This document shows positions 19,547 to 29,550 of a stretch of 64,000 nt of DNA, piece by piece (within the stretch, counting starts at the first letter, position 1; every line of letters begins with the position of its first letter). The position numbers and the translations under genes were made by a program. The stretch lies in contig CAZQUL010000001.1 of assembly GCA_964596525.1 (NCBI GenBank), positions 460,830-524,829 on the forward strand, given 5' to 3'. The notes beneath the pieces are model-generated. The model saw only the letters and a program-made list of their open reading frames with translations. It did no database searches and was not told the DNA's origin. The DNA is from an uncultured Gammaproteobacteria bacterium. Lineage in GTDB: Bacteria; Patescibacteriota; Patescibacteriia; Magasanikbacterales; GWA2-37-8.

Positions 19547-19899
19547 AAATCTGCCAAACGCATCACGGCCTCGCGCCGGGCAACCACCTGGTGCGTTGCA
19601 AACGTACGCGTGGTACGCAGGATTTCATGGAGCGAACAGGGGAGAAGGATGGTGCTTTCGGCTAGAGTAAAGGGGCAGTTGCAACGCGCGAATTCCCACT
19701 CCTCGACGAGTCGCACGCGGTCATGAAAGAACTCGACTGATGAGGTAAAAACCAGATGCTGGCCCCGCCCGTGCAAACAAAAAACCGTTTCTTCACCACT
19801 GCTGTCTCTGGCTTGCCAGGAAAGAGAATTGAGGATAAATCCCGGGCAAGGAAGCCTAGGTTCGTGAGAAGCGAAAGCGCGCAGTGTACGTGCTACCAT
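19471..19899 (-). CDS. hypothetical protein
   Basis: ORF fills the gap after the DUF3048 gene, AAGGAG upstream; overlaps the prmC 3' end. Confidence 0.35.
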   Translation of the reverse strand: MVARTLRAFASHEPRLPCPGFILNSLSWQARDSSGEETVFCLHGRGQHLVFTSSVEFFHDRVRLVEEWEFARCNCPFTLAESTILLPCSLHEILRTTRTFATHQVVARREAVMRLADFYCCTTTMRSRPHKSLRVVTMPDDR

Positions 19900-19916
19900 G
19901 ACCGGCACTCCTTGGG

Positions 19917-21071
19917 CTAATTGCTGATCTCGAGACGCGTCCCTTGTGGAACCACATGGACCCAGACGAGTCCGGGTACCAATGTAAGCGGCATGCCGGC
20001 ATCATCATACCACATCGTCCGGCCATTTTCTTTTTTCCAGGTGATGTCGAGACGGCGGCCGCGACTCATGACCATCGCTCGGCCGCTGCCTTCGAGCACC
20101 ACTTCTTTACGGTCTTCTTCATCAACGCTCGCGATGCTGGTAAATTGCACGATGATGGTAGTCGCTTTGAGTGTCCCGCTCGCCGTTGTCGAGGTATTTA
20201 CCCCGTTACGGCTCATAAGATACATTCCGTCGGCAATGTCGTAGGTCCAGTCTACGGCATAGCTTCGATTATAGGTTACCGTGAGCGCCCGGGCGGCTGA
20301 AGAGCTTGCGGTAAACGGAGCGAGCGCATCGTAGTCGGTAGCGGAAGAGTACGAAAGGAATTTCCATGGCGTAAAGACACGTTCGGTCGTTTCAGTTTCA
20401 CGCTCAAAGATTTTTTGCCAGGCGGAGCTACTGGTAAACAAATTATGCGGTGCAAATAATTTACGGTTGCGCGAGAAATAATTACCCCAATAAAATTCGT
20501 TAATGTCTTGTACGCCGGCGCCTTTACGAAGCATTTGAAGCGCCTCAGGCGAACCGCCAGAGTGCAGGTAGAGGGGCAGAGCGTATTCGCTTGCAAGAGT
20601 TACAAAATAAGGTCGCGCGCTTCTTATCGGCCCAACGCTTGCTACGCTATCCATGCGGTCAAACACAGCCATATAGCGAGTAAAGGAGCCTTCCACCGGT
20701 ACTTCGTAAACGATACGCGCGCTTTCCAGTCCTTCTTGCGGACGAGCATCCGGATGATTATCGATCATCGCGGTAACGAATCGGCGGGTAGTGGGCGCGT
20801 ACTCTTCGCCACGTCCGTTGAGAGGGTTGAAGTGGCGGAATCCAGCGACAACTGGGGGTATGGTGGTTGTTTCGGGTGTGTCGGTACTAAGCGGCACAGC
20901 CTGGTGGCGCGTAGCGAGGTAGAGCGCGACGATAGCTAATATGGTGCTCGTTGCACCCAAAACAATGCTCGCGATGAGATAAAGTTTTTTGCGGCGTTCG
21001 ATGTCGGTAGAAGATAACATACGATGTAGAGCTTTTTTAAACCGAACCATGGGTAGTATAACACGGACCAT
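19917..21071 (-). CDS. DUF3048 (YerB-like) membrane-anchored protein
   Basis: MIDNHPDARPQEGL, YEVPVEG..TR, GPIRSARPYF, APHNL; true start may be M19. Confidence 0.85.
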   Translation of the reverse strand: MVRVILPMVRFKKALHRMLSSTDIERRKKLYLIASIVLGATSTILAIVALYLATRHQAVPLSTDTPETTTIPPVVAGFRHFNPLNGRGEEYAPTTRRFVTAMIDNHPDARPQEGLESARIVYEVPVEGSFTRYMAVFDRMDSVASVGPIRSARPYFVTLASEYALPLYLHSGGSPEALQMLRKGAGVQDINEFYWGNYFSRNRKLFAPHNLFTSSSAWQKIFERETETTERVFTPWKFLSYSSATDYDALAPFTASSSAARALTVTYNRSYAVDWTYDIADGMYLMSRNGVNTSTTASGTLKATTIIVQFTSIASVDEEDRKEVVLEGSGRAMVMSRGRRLDITWKKENGRTMWYDDAGMPLTLVPGLVWVHVVPQGTRLEISN

Positions 21072-22274
21072 TTAGTCAACGAGAACGAAAAAGCACTTCA
21101 GATAATCACCTTCCACGAACGCGGCGGTTTCCGGATGGTCGATGCCGTGGGTATAGGTTTCAAGAATGCGGACGCTACGTTTGGCGCGGGCCGCGGCCTC
21201 CGAGAGCATGAACCGAAAATCGTGGAGCGTTACATGTGCCGAGCACGATGCAGTTACGAGAATTCCGCCCGGCGGTAGCAGCCGGAGCGCCTGTTCGTTG
21301 ATGGCACGATACCCCACTAGACCCTCCTTAATTTTTCGGCGATCCTTAACAAAGGCTGGGGGGTCGAGAATAATTACATCGTAGGGGTGCGGTGTCGCAT
21401 GCGTAGTGGTGATGAGTTCTGAAAGATAGTCTTTCACGTCGGCCACCTCATAACGGGAAGCTTCGTCTGCAAATCCGTTAAGTGCCATATTTTTTTCGGC
21501 ATACTGCAAGGCGTGCTGCGAAGCGTCCACGCTCGTAACTCTTATGGCGCTCGCCGCGCGGGCATAGACGCTAAAGCCGCCAGTGTATGAGAAGCAGTTG
21601 AGTACGGTTTTGCCGGCAACGTATTTCTGCAAGGCCTGGCGTTTATCGCGCTGATCAAGAAAAAAGCCGGTTTTCTGTCCTTCGTGCACGTTCACGGCAA
21701 AGCGCAAACCGTTTTCGCGAATTTCGATGTCGTTCGCCACTTCGCCGTAGAGCACGCCGGTAACTGATTCTTCGCTCGCGTGAACCGCGGTTCGGCGACC
21801 GACGTCGGAGCGTTCAAAAATGCCGCGTGGGTTTTCTGCGCTGACAAGAGCAGCGATAATTTCTTTTTTCCAACGCGCCATTCCAGGCGTATGGAATTGC
21901 ACGACCAGATAATCGGCGTAGCGGTCTACGATAAGCCCGGGCAGACCGTCATTTTCTCCGTGGATGAGACGATAGGCATTTGTAGTGTCGCTTTGTAACC
22001 ACTGGGTGCGGATGGCGGCTGCAGTACGAATTTTCTCGGCAAAAAACTCCGTGGTTATTTCTTTAACCGGTGCAAAACTCCATAGGCGTACAGCGATCTG
22101 TGAGTATGAATTGAAATACCCGGCTGCCAAAAATATGCCGCGCTCATCGACAAGTTCTACTGGTTCGCCGTGGGGAATGCCATCAGGAATCTGGTGTAGA
22201 GCGCCAGAGAAAACCCAGGGATGACGGCCACGAATCGGGCCGCTTCTTTCAGTACGGACAGTCAGTTGGAGCAT
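21072..22274 (-). CDS. RlmI/RlmK-family SAM-dependent rRNA methyltransferase
   Basis: PUA-like HPWVFSGA, GQKTGFFLDQR, LNCFSYTGGF, ILDPPAF. Confidence 0.9.
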   Translation of the reverse strand: MLQLTVRTERSGPIRGRHPWVFSGALHQIPDGIPHGEPVELVDERGIFLAAGYFNSYSQIAVRLWSFAPVKEITTEFFAEKIRTAAAIRTQWLQSDTTNAYRLIHGENDGLPGLIVDRYADYLVVQFHTPGMARWKKEIIAALVSAENPRGIFERSDVGRRTAVHASEESVTGVLYGEVANDIEIRENGLRFAVNVHEGQKTGFFLDQRDKRQALQKYVAGKTVLNCFSYTGGFSVYARAASAIRVTSVDASQHALQYAEKNMALNGFADEASRYEVADVKDYLSELITTTHATPHPYDVIILDPPAFVKDRRKIKEGLVGYRAINEQALRLLPPGGILVTASCSAHVTLHDFRFMLSEAAARAKRSVRILETYTHGIDHPETAAFVEGDYLKCFFVLVD

Positions 22275-22347
22275 AGAGAAAAGAAAGTAAGAGATTGTTT
22301 AAAAACATAACGACCTGCTCGCGGGCAGGTCAGGTCGTTCAAAGGGC

Positions 22348-22959
22348 TTACGGAGCGGGAGGGGGAGTGGGAGGGGACGACTCGGCGGGTGGGGTCGGTG
22401 CCGCGGTGGAAGCTGGGGGCGCGGCTGGCGTGGTCGACGCAGCGTTCTGCTCGGGGGTCGGGGCGGGCGGATCTGCCGGGGCCGGGGTGGCGACCGTCGG
22501 GCAGCTCACGATCCAGGCCGGCATCTGCTTCTTCTGCTCCTTGCCGGGCGGGAGCTTCTTCGTCTCCTGGAGCTCGATCATCTTGAGCTCGCCGAGCCAT
22601 GTGCCGTTCGCGAGGATGTAGATCGAGTTGACCATCAAACCGTCGGATACGGCCGGACGGCTGCCATCGGCGCAGGTGTAGGCCAGATTGTCGCGGTAGC
22701 GCGTAGCCTTGAAGTAGACGAACCGGCCCGGCTCCCACGACTCGAACTCGTAGTCGCGCTTGTCGAGTGCGTCGGAAGCCGTGGTGGGGGTCTTGTTGCC
22801 AGCCTTATCGGTCGTGCCGGTGCCGAGCGGGGCAATGAGCGTGTAGCCCCGGTCGGGCTTGGGCGTTGGTGCTGGCACCTGGGCATGGCTCGCTTGTGCA
22901 GTAAGCAACAGGGCGGAAAGAATGAAGGAAATCAGGTTCTTACTGGTCGATCGGTTCAT
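22348..22959 (-). CDS. hypothetical secreted protein with Pro/Thr-rich tail
   Basis: Start refined to the ATG after SD AAGGAGG; signal peptide ending ASHA; own promoter at 22985-23013. Confidence 0.7.
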   Translation of the reverse strand: MNRSTSKNLISFILSALLLTAQASHAQVPAPTPKPDRGYTLIAPLGTGTTDKAGNKTPTTASDALDKRDYEFESWEPGRFVYFKATRYRDNLAYTCADGSRPAVSDGLMVNSIYILANGTWLGELKMIELQETKKLPPGKEQKKQMPAWIVSCPTVATPAPADPPAPTPEQNAASTTPAAPPASTAAPTPPAESSPPTPPPAP

Positions 22960-23131
22960 GGGCCCCTCCTTTGCAACAAAAACAATTATGCCTGAAACTA
23001 GCGATTTTGTCAAGCCTTTAGTGCGTAAAATCCTCTACTGTGCAAGGGTATTTTCTTTGACAATTTATGCACGAACGTCTACGATGTTGGGGGTCTAAAT
23101 ATACCATCTTACCAAACACCGAGGGTTCATC

Positions 23132-23671
23132 ATGGGTGTTACCTACTGTTACGCTTTTACGCCACTCATCGGCGAAGACGAGCTTGCCACGTTGGTCAAA
23201 AACGACGCTTTCGGTAAACTCTTTTTGGCTCGCGTGTGCCTCACCAAACGAACGTTGCCGCGATTGCCTGGGCGGTCGTTTGTGGCCGGTATGGTCGAGC
23301 AGGGAGAGCTTTTTGGCGAACCGTACGACCGTCCGCTTGTGGATTTCAATCTCGTTTGCACGCTTCGTACTTTCCGTGAGGTCGGGCCGCATCATTTTCA
23401 CTTGACCTTCTCGACCGTACGTCCGGCCGGGGTGCGCGACTGGACATACCTCGGTGGTGAATATTGGAAAGTTTATGCCCGCGGGCACGTTTATTTTTTC
23501 GACGACGGGCATGAACCAGAGGGTCGGCTTATCATTAGCCGCAAAGAAGCTGCTGATTTGTGGCGGACAGAACAGGAATATCTCAGCCTCCGCCAGGAAC
23601 ATCTGAACCGATTCCACACCGAAATCCTAGATTGGTTGTTTCGGCGGAACTACAAAGGGCGTATAGCCTAG
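23132..23671 (+). CDS. hypothetical protein
   Basis: Divergent ORF with a TTGACA upstream, GAGGG SD and terminator AGCCGG..CCGGCT-T tract after the stop. Confidence 0.6.
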   Translation: MGVTYCYAFTPLIGEDELATLVKNDAFGKLFLARVCLTKRTLPRLPGRSFVAGMVEQGELFGEPYDRPLVDFNLVCTLRTFREVGPHHFHLTFSTVRPAGVRDWTYLGGEYWKVYARGHVYFFDDGHEPEGRLIISRKEAADLWRTEQEYLSLRQEHLNRFHTEILDWLFRRNYKGRIA

Positions 23672-23786
23672 CCGGTAGTAACCGGCTTTTTTTAGCTTGT
23701 TTTAGACATTTTTACATATAAAATTTTTTTCTCCTGCCGATTTTCCTCTTAGTCTAGCCCCGTTTTTATTATCCACACTTGACAAC

Positions 23787-23815
23787 TTGACAAAAATGTA
23801 TTTTTCCGGTATAGT
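23787..23815 (+). promoter_or_regulatory. sigma70 promoter with adjacent DnaA box (23769-23777)
   Basis: TTGACA-17 nt-TATAGT; TTATCCACA just upstream. Confidence 0.75.
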
Positions 23816-23821
23816 TAGACG

Positions 23822-24040
23822 TTAGTTAGACAGCAAAAACTCGTGGATGGACGCTAGCCTAGGTTCCCCATAGTTTAGCGCCCGTACCACGACAAGCATG
23901 GAGGTATATTGACGGATGGTCTGGCTCCGGCTCGACCTCTCCATCGGTATTATCTTCTTGGTACGGCTTCTGGGGGTTCCCAAAGCCCCCATAATCAACA
24001 AACTCCCCCCGACCTAACCAGTCGGGGGGAGATGATTTTT
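23822..24040 (+). ncRNA. candidate structured RNA, or mRNA of a 33-aa peptide (23916-24017)
   Basis: Promoter, three successive hairpins and terminator CTCCCCCCGAC-N7-GTCGGGGGGAG; no long ORF served. Confidence 0.45.
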
Positions 24041-24049
24041 ATACGGTTT

Positions 24050-26035
24050 TTATTCGGTCGGAGCGACGGTATCGATAATTGGCGCGGGCGTGGTGGGTGC
24101 GGTGGCATCAAGTACCGGGTCAGCAGGTGTGGCGGGTCCGACAAGGCAGATCCGTGGCAACGGCCGGTATGAGCTCTCGAAAACCTGTTCGATTTTTTCG
24201 CCTTGGGGCGTGATGCGCGTGTAGACGAAACTGGCGAGCGCGCCGCGGAAGGCGTTTTGACAGTTGCGCGTGCCAGGGGCCATGGTGGGCGAGACGATTT
24301 CTCTGGTCGGGCCGGGGGCTATCCATTTTGAGACTTCGGGATGAGTATAGGAGCCTTTACGACCGTCATCTTTACCCCAGAGCGTAAAGTTAAGAAGTTG
24401 TTTTTTGTAATCAATCTCGGTTTGGAGGAGGAGGAAGTGGCCGGTATCGTTTTTGAATTTGAAGTCGAGTGTCGGTTCGTAGAGTGTGGCATCAGTGCCG
24501 GGATTTTTGTTGACCGGATCGGCGTAGTAGCTCACGACGAGCGAGTGGTTGTGGCGCTCGGTGATCGGCATGGCTGAATTCATGGCCATGCGAAAGAGTG
24601 TCGTGCCGATTTGGCACATACCGCCGCCGACTTCGGGTACGATGCGGTCGCCTTTGATAACCATTTCGGGCAAGAAACCATTGGCCGTGATGTAGGGGCC
24701 TGCGAATTTGTTCGTAGAGAACTCTTCACCCGGAGCAATGAGTACGCCGTTCAAGCGTTTAACAGCGTTGGCGATATTTTTAATACGGTTGGTATGGCTA
24801 TCACGGAAGGTGGAGCTCCCCACGCCAACGACGGTTTCGATACCAAGTCCGTTGACGTCCGCCAGGTACACCCGCGGTGCAACTTCGCCGACTACGAGCG
24901 GAACTAGGATAGAGGATGAGGCCAGTGGGGCATTGATACGCGCGTTGAGTGCGTTGCTTAAAAGTTCGACCGTAGCCGGGTAATCAATGGTGCGGCCCGG
25001 CTGATGCGGTGCGAAATTGACGACACGATTGTCCTCTACGACAAACGTAGCGTCGCGTGCCGGTTGGTTGATTTCAGGTTCGATGAGGGCGCCCATGAGA
25101 CGCTTGAACGATGCTTCGTCGAGAGCAAAGCGCAGCTCGCCGTGTTCGTTTTTAACTACCGTGAGCCATGCGGCGATCTGTTCTTCGGTAATAACCCAGG
25201 TGAGAGTTTTGGGCGGGGTGGTAGTGGCGGTAAACGTAAGGGTAAGCGGATTGGCGATAACGTTGGGAATCGTAGTGGCTAAGGTTTCAATTTCATCCTG
25301 CGTTATCTCGGGAACAATGGCGTTGAAGTGCGGAATAAAAGGTGTGGAAAAAAATTCCGCGCGGCTCACTGTATCGCGTACGTGGGCAATAAAATCACTG
25401 GTTTCGGGCATAAAACCGTTCTCTTCCCGGGTCACGGTGTAGGAAACCGGAATCGTGCTCGTGACGACGATTTTTGCTGGTACACTTTCGTGCGAAGCGA
25501 AGGCGAGGGTGTCGAGGTAGACGGCGGTGAGTGTCGGAGTATCAAGTGTTATGACGGCCGGGGTGGAGCGCGGTTTGACGAGTAAGGTCCATGGCGTAAC
25601 GAGGCGCTTGAGCCACGATTCCTCACGGCCGTAGGCCATAAGCGCTTCTATCGTAGCGTCGATATCGACAGCGACCGGAGTTGTAGTAGTGGCAAGAGGT
25701 ACGGTGATGATGGTTGATGAAGCAGGGTGCATGAGAAGCGGCACGCCCTGTGCGAGAATTTCGCTGTTGTAGTTTGATAAATGACGGCGTAGATCATCGG
25801 CTGTCGAGCCGCCGACCGGCGAAGTGTGGAGGTATACGCCGGGGTAGACTCGTTCATCGTAGCGCGTGACGTAGGCAATGGTTGCACCCACCACAATAAT
25901 AGGCACGCCGATCAGTATGGCGGTCGCGATAAGCACGATGCGCGACGAAAAAAAATCTCGGACCACGACGAATTTTGAGCGTTCCGTGGTTGCGTTCTCG
26001 GACGATGGTTTGTGGGACGGTGAGGAAGTGGGCAT
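24050..26035 (-). CDS. VanW family protein with PG_binding_4-like region
   Basis: N-terminal TM; GGGMCQIGTTLFR, ERHNHS, GTDAT, DFKFKND. Confidence 0.9.
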   Translation of the reverse strand: MPTSSPSHKPSSENATTERSKFVVVRDFFSSRIVLIATAILIGVPIIVVGATIAYVTRYDERVYPGVYLHTSPVGGSTADDLRRHLSNYNSEILAQGVPLLMHPASSTIITVPLATTTTPVAVDIDATIEALMAYGREESWLKRLVTPWTLLVKPRSTPAVITLDTPTLTAVYLDTLAFASHESVPAKIVVTSTIPVSYTVTREENGFMPETSDFIAHVRDTVSRAEFFSTPFIPHFNAIVPEITQDEIETLATTIPNVIANPLTLTFTATTTPPKTLTWVITEEQIAAWLTVVKNEHGELRFALDEASFKRLMGALIEPEINQPARDATFVVEDNRVVNFAPHQPGRTIDYPATVELLSNALNARINAPLASSSILVPLVVGEVAPRVYLADVNGLGIETVVGVGSSTFRDSHTNRIKNIANAVKRLNGVLIAPGEEFSTNKFAGPYITANGFLPEMVIKGDRIVPEVGGGMCQIGTTLFRMAMNSAMPITERHNHSLVVSYYADPVNKNPGTDATLYEPTLDFKFKNDTGHFLLLQTEIDYKKQLLNFTLWGKDDGRKGSYTHPEVSKWIAPGPTREIVSPTMAPGTRNCQNAFRGALASFVYTRITPQGEKIEQVFESSYRPLPRICLVGPATPADPVLDATAPTTPAPIIDTVAPTE

Positions 26036-26072
26036 ACCCTACGCGTAAAAACTAACCCTCCTGATAATTACG

Positions 26073-26495
26073 TTATTCTTCGACGACGACGAGCGGAATG
26101 CGCGCTTCGCGGCGGGCTTTTTCAAGGCGCACTACGAGTACGCCGTTTTTGTATTCGGCGCGCGCTGATTCTTCGCGCACTTCGACTGGTAAGACGATAG
26201 TGCGTGAAAACGCTCCCCAGAAGCATTCACGGTAAAACGTGGAACTTATTCCGGAAAGTGGAAAATCACGCGTGCCGCGAATGGTGAGAAGGTCGTCTTG
26301 CAGGTGGATGGAGATATGTTCCGGCTTAGTGCCGGCCATGGCTGCTACCACCACCACGTCGTTTTTAATCTCAAAAACATCCACGGCGAGCTGGCCCTCT
26401 TCGTTGGGTTGGGTCCATTCAGGGGTAGAGGGGGTAGTGTCCGCGCGCTCTCCTTCGGGGTTAACGGAGGAAGGGGTGGAAAAATTACGCGTCAT
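26073..26495 (-). CDS. Hsp20/alpha-crystallin small heat shock protein
   Basis: EGQLAVDVFE, LTIRGTR, ECFWGAFSRTIVLP, AEYKNGVL. Confidence 0.92.
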   Translation of the reverse strand: MTRNFSTPSSVNPEGERADTTPSTPEWTQPNEEGQLAVDVFEIKNDVVVVAAMAGTKPEHISIHLQDDLLTIRGTRDFPLSGISSTFYRECFWGAFSRTIVLPVEVREESARAEYKNGVLVVRLEKARREARIPLVVVEE

Positions 26496-26525
26496 ACAGA
26501 ACGGGAAGCCAGGAATATTCAGGTA

Positions 26526-27080
26526 TTAAACCATGCCTGGCTTGACAAAACAATACCGGCAGACGGCACGGTAGGTGTAGGTGCCGTCATCAGGGATGAC
26601 TGAGGGCATGCCTTCAAGGAGTGGTATGTTATCTTTGAGGACCTGGGTGTACATGGCGTCCGGATTCTTGCATGATTCGCACACGGCACGCTTGTAGCGC
26701 ACTTCTTTGGGACCGAGTTCCAAAAGAGAACGCATGGATTCGAACATGCGGCCTTGATAGTCGAGGTCGAGACCAGAAGCAACGACGCGGACCCCCATGC
26801 GCAGGAGCTGCTCGATGACAAGCACTTCATGAGGGGGGAACATGTGCATTTCTTCGATGCCGACGATTTTGCAGCCGTTGCCGAGGATTTCGGTGAGGGT
26901 GTGGATGCGTTTGGCCGGAAGAAGCGATCCGTTGCGCGAGGTGACGTTGGCTTCGCGGACATGGCGCGCGGACTGGTAGAGCGCGTAGGGGAGTGCGGTG
27001 TACTTGAGCGGCGCGAAGAAACTGATGAGATCGTAGCTTTTGCCGCTTTTCATGGGGCCCATGATGACGGTAAGGTCCAT
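26526..27080 (-). CDS. tdk: thymidine kinase
   Basis: GPMKSGKS P-loop, SGLDLDYQG, C-terminal CxxC...CxxC Zn site. Confidence 0.9.
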   Translation of the reverse strand: MDLTVIMGPMKSGKSYDLISFFAPLKYTALPYALYQSARHVREANVTSRNGSLLPAKRIHTLTEILGNGCKIVGIEEMHMFPPHEVLVIEQLLRMGVRVVASGLDLDYQGRMFESMRSLLELGPKEVRYKRAVCESCKNPDAMYTQVLKDNIPLLEGMPSVIPDDGTYTYRAVCRYCFVKPGMV

Positions 27081-27092
27081 AGGGGAGGAGTA

Positions 27093-27203
27093 AAACAGTA
27101 ATCAGTGAATAGAAATTAAAAAATCAAGTTAAGATTTTGGACTTTAATGAATTGAAATGGTTGTAAACGGCTTTGAGAATAATGGGCGTACTGATTACTG
27201 TTT
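27093..27203. repeat. AT-rich element bounded by a 14-bp inverted repeat
   Basis: AAACAGTAATCAGT (27093-27106) and ACTGATTACTGTTT (27190-27203). Confidence 0.65.
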
Positions 27204-27261
27204 GCCGTTCACTTTTTATTAATGAGCACAGAGTATTAAGTACCACACTCACTCAGTTTCA

Positions 27262-28092
27262 TCAACCGCGTTTTTGCAGCGCGATATTAATGCCGAGAAT
27301 GGCGCGGATCGGGTAAAAACGGGCGAGAATTTTACCGAGCTTTCGTGGTAAAAGATAGAGGATTTTTTCGGTCGCGAGAGCGAGAATAAGCGGAATGGGG
27401 AAATAGAATCCTTTGCCGCCGGCAAACAGACGGATGCGGTCAAAGCCAAACGTTTGTGCCAATCGGCGAAGTTCGGCGATGGTGTATTCTTTGAGGTGTA
27501 GACCGGTCGCTTCGTCGTCGAAATGACGTGATACATCATGCGGACCGGAGTGATGACTCGGGGTAATACACACGTACCAACCGCCCGGTTTAAGGACGCG
27601 GGCAGCTTCGCGCAAGTGTTCGGCAGCGTCGTCGGGATGGAAATGTTCGAGCACTTGGTTGGAGAACATGCAGTCGAAGCGGTCGTTTTCAAACGGGAGC
27701 GTGACACCGTCGACGATATAGACCCGGGCATTTTCGGGCAATACGGTTTTTTTGGCTATTTCGGCGGATACTTCCACGGCATCGAGATGAGCTACTTCTT
27801 CGGCGACGATGCGCGAGAGTTCGCCATCACCAGAACCGATTTCGAGAAAGCGCGTTTCCGGCGTGGTAAACCGGCGGATAAGGCGGATTTTTTGCTGTGC
27901 GCGGCGACTGCTTGCGGTGGTTTCTTGGTCCGAGAGCTGGGGGTGGTCGTTTACGCGCTCGAAGAGTTCGTTGTAGACTGCGGAGTAAAGACGTAAACGC
28001 TCGCTCCGCGGCGCAGCGCGTAGTTTAGCGGCTAATTCTTTTTCGATCACGTAGTGGTGGCGGATTCGCTCCGGGGTGCGAAGATCAGGCAT
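27262..28092 (-). CDS. class I SAM-dependent methyltransferase
   Basis: LEIGSGDG, LPFENDRFD, NQVLEH, RVLKPGG. Confidence 0.88.
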   Translation of the reverse strand: MPDLRTPERIRHHYVIEKELAAKLRAAPRSERLRLYSAVYNELFERVNDHPQLSDQETTASSRRAQQKIRLIRRFTTPETRFLEIGSGDGELSRIVAEEVAHLDAVEVSAEIAKKTVLPENARVYIVDGVTLPFENDRFDCMFSNQVLEHFHPDDAAEHLREAARVLKPGGWYVCITPSHHSGPHDVSRHFDDEATGLHLKEYTIAELRRLAQTFGFDRIRLFAGGKGFYFPIPLILALATEKILYLLPRKLGKILARFYPIRAILGINIALQKRG

Positions 28093-28218
28093 ATGCCGTT
28101 AACATACACTAAAAAGGATAACCGGGGTATTCTAGTGAGTGACGCAGGAAGACGCAAGGGGAAAGGGGAAATCGAGCGATGAGGACTTTGGCTTTAAAAA
28201 TGAGCAATATTTTGCGGT

Positions 28219-29136
28219 ATGACCGATAAGCGACGGGAAGAATTAAAAAAATCGATTACGGCAACGCGAGCGTATTATGGTGTGATGAACCTACCGCTCA
28301 CGTATAACGAAGGATATGGTTGGCTTTGGCAGCCGCCCGCAAACGTAACCTTCGAAGAATATCTTGGTTTTTTGCCTGAAGCAGGTTTTAATACCACGTC
28401 GTCTGCTTTTTTAGTAGACGGCGTAACAACACCGGCACAGACCGAGCGTTTGCGTCATCGTGCGGCCGGGTTGATGCGCTTCATCGCGTGGGTGCCGTTT
28501 TTTCGAGCGGCCTTTGTCTGCAATTCGGTGGGTGCCGAACAAGCGCATGTGGGAAGCGATATTGATCTTCTGGTCATTGCGGCGCCGGGGCGGATCTGGA
28601 CCGTACGGTTTTTTCTTAATCTCATAACCCGTGCGCTCGGCATTCGCACCTACCAGCACCAAGAGGCGGGCAAACTCTGTCTATCGTTTTTCGCGGATGC
28701 GGATCACCTGGATTTTTCTTCTCTCCGGCTGCGTGACGATGACGTGCACTTTATTTATTGGCTCAACCAGATGATGCCCGTGTATGACGAAGACAGCTGG
28801 TTTGAGGGTTTTTATGAAGCAAATGCGTGGGTGCGAAATTTTTTGCCACACATGTCGTCGAAACGAGCGCAACATTTTTTACCGCAGCCATATCGTTTTG
28901 GAAAAATTTTACGGGTTTTAAAACGCGGCTTGGAGAAAATATTCGCCGGAAGATGCGGCGCGTGGCTCGAAAATAAACTGGAACGCGTGCAGCGGCGGAT
29001 TCTTTCGCCAGAACTTCTTGCTAAGGCCGACGATCCCAAAAGTGGCGTGGTGATTAGTTCGGGTGTGCTTAAGTTCCATAGCGGCGACACGCGCGAAAAG
29101 ATATACGCGGCGTGGAAAGAGAAAATGGCTGGGTAA
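28219..29136 (+). CDS. nucleotidyltransferase-domain protein
   Basis: NSV...GSDIDLLVI pol-beta-superfamily-like motif. Confidence 0.7.
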   Translation: MTDKRREELKKSITATRAYYGVMNLPLTYNEGYGWLWQPPANVTFEEYLGFLPEAGFNTTSSAFLVDGVTTPAQTERLRHRAAGLMRFIAWVPFFRAAFVCNSVGAEQAHVGSDIDLLVIAAPGRIWTVRFFLNLITRALGIRTYQHQEAGKLCLSFFADADHLDFSSLRLRDDDVHFIYWLNQMMPVYDEDSWFEGFYEANAWVRNFLPHMSSKRAQHFLPQPYRFGKILRVLKRGLEKIFAGRCGAWLENKLERVQRRILSPELLAKADDPKSGVVISSGVLKFHSGDTREKIYAAWKEKMAG

Positions 29137-29142
29137 GCGATT

Positions 29143-29236
29143 CGTCATTGCGAGCGTAGCGAAGCAATCCCCTGGCAATACAGAGCCGCTCTACTATCAA
29201 GGGGATTGCTTTGTCGCTGCGCTCCTCGCAATGACG
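29143..29236 (+). repeat. palindromic repeat element, copy 1
   Basis: GTCATTGCGAG...GAAGCAATCCC...GGGATTGCTT...CTCGCAATGAC. Confidence 0.9.
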
Positions 29237-29352
29237 GTGCTCTTAGGAAAGCAAAAAACCAGCTTGGATGAGCTGGTTTTTCCGCTACCTCGTAGCTTCG
29301 TAAAAGACACGAGGTAGGGGGCGAGGGCGACCGAAGTCGCGCCTCGCCGGGG

Positions 29353-29550
29353 TTAACGGCGCACCGTCCGGTAGGTTATGACGCCGAGGAGGAGGGCGAT
29401 GAGAATGGTGGCGGCAAGGCAGAACACCGCCGTGTCACTGAGCGGCACGTGCGGAAATCTCTCAAAATCCTCCGGATGGGTGATGAAGGTTGTGAGGCTG
29501 CCGAAGATGCCGATAAAGAACGCAACCAGGACTGCAGCGATGAATGCCAT
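29353..29550 (-). CDS. small 2-TM hypothetical protein
   Basis: SD GGAGG, own promoter at 29645-29673, downstream GC-rich hairpin. Confidence 0.65.
   Translation of the reverse strand: MAFIAAVLVAFFIGIFGSLTTFITHPEDFERFPHVPLSDTAVFCLAATILIALLLGVITYRTVRR

Noticed and set aside
23909-24172. 87-aa ORF with a TTG start after GGAGG
   Set aside because: It runs through the terminator and overlaps the convergent VanW gene; the 33-aa frame or an ncRNA fits better.
29063-29317. ORFs translating the palindromic repeat (VIASVAKQS...DCFVAALLAMT; also 33972-34220 and 60966-61370)
   Set aside because: These are spurious translations of the repeat element.
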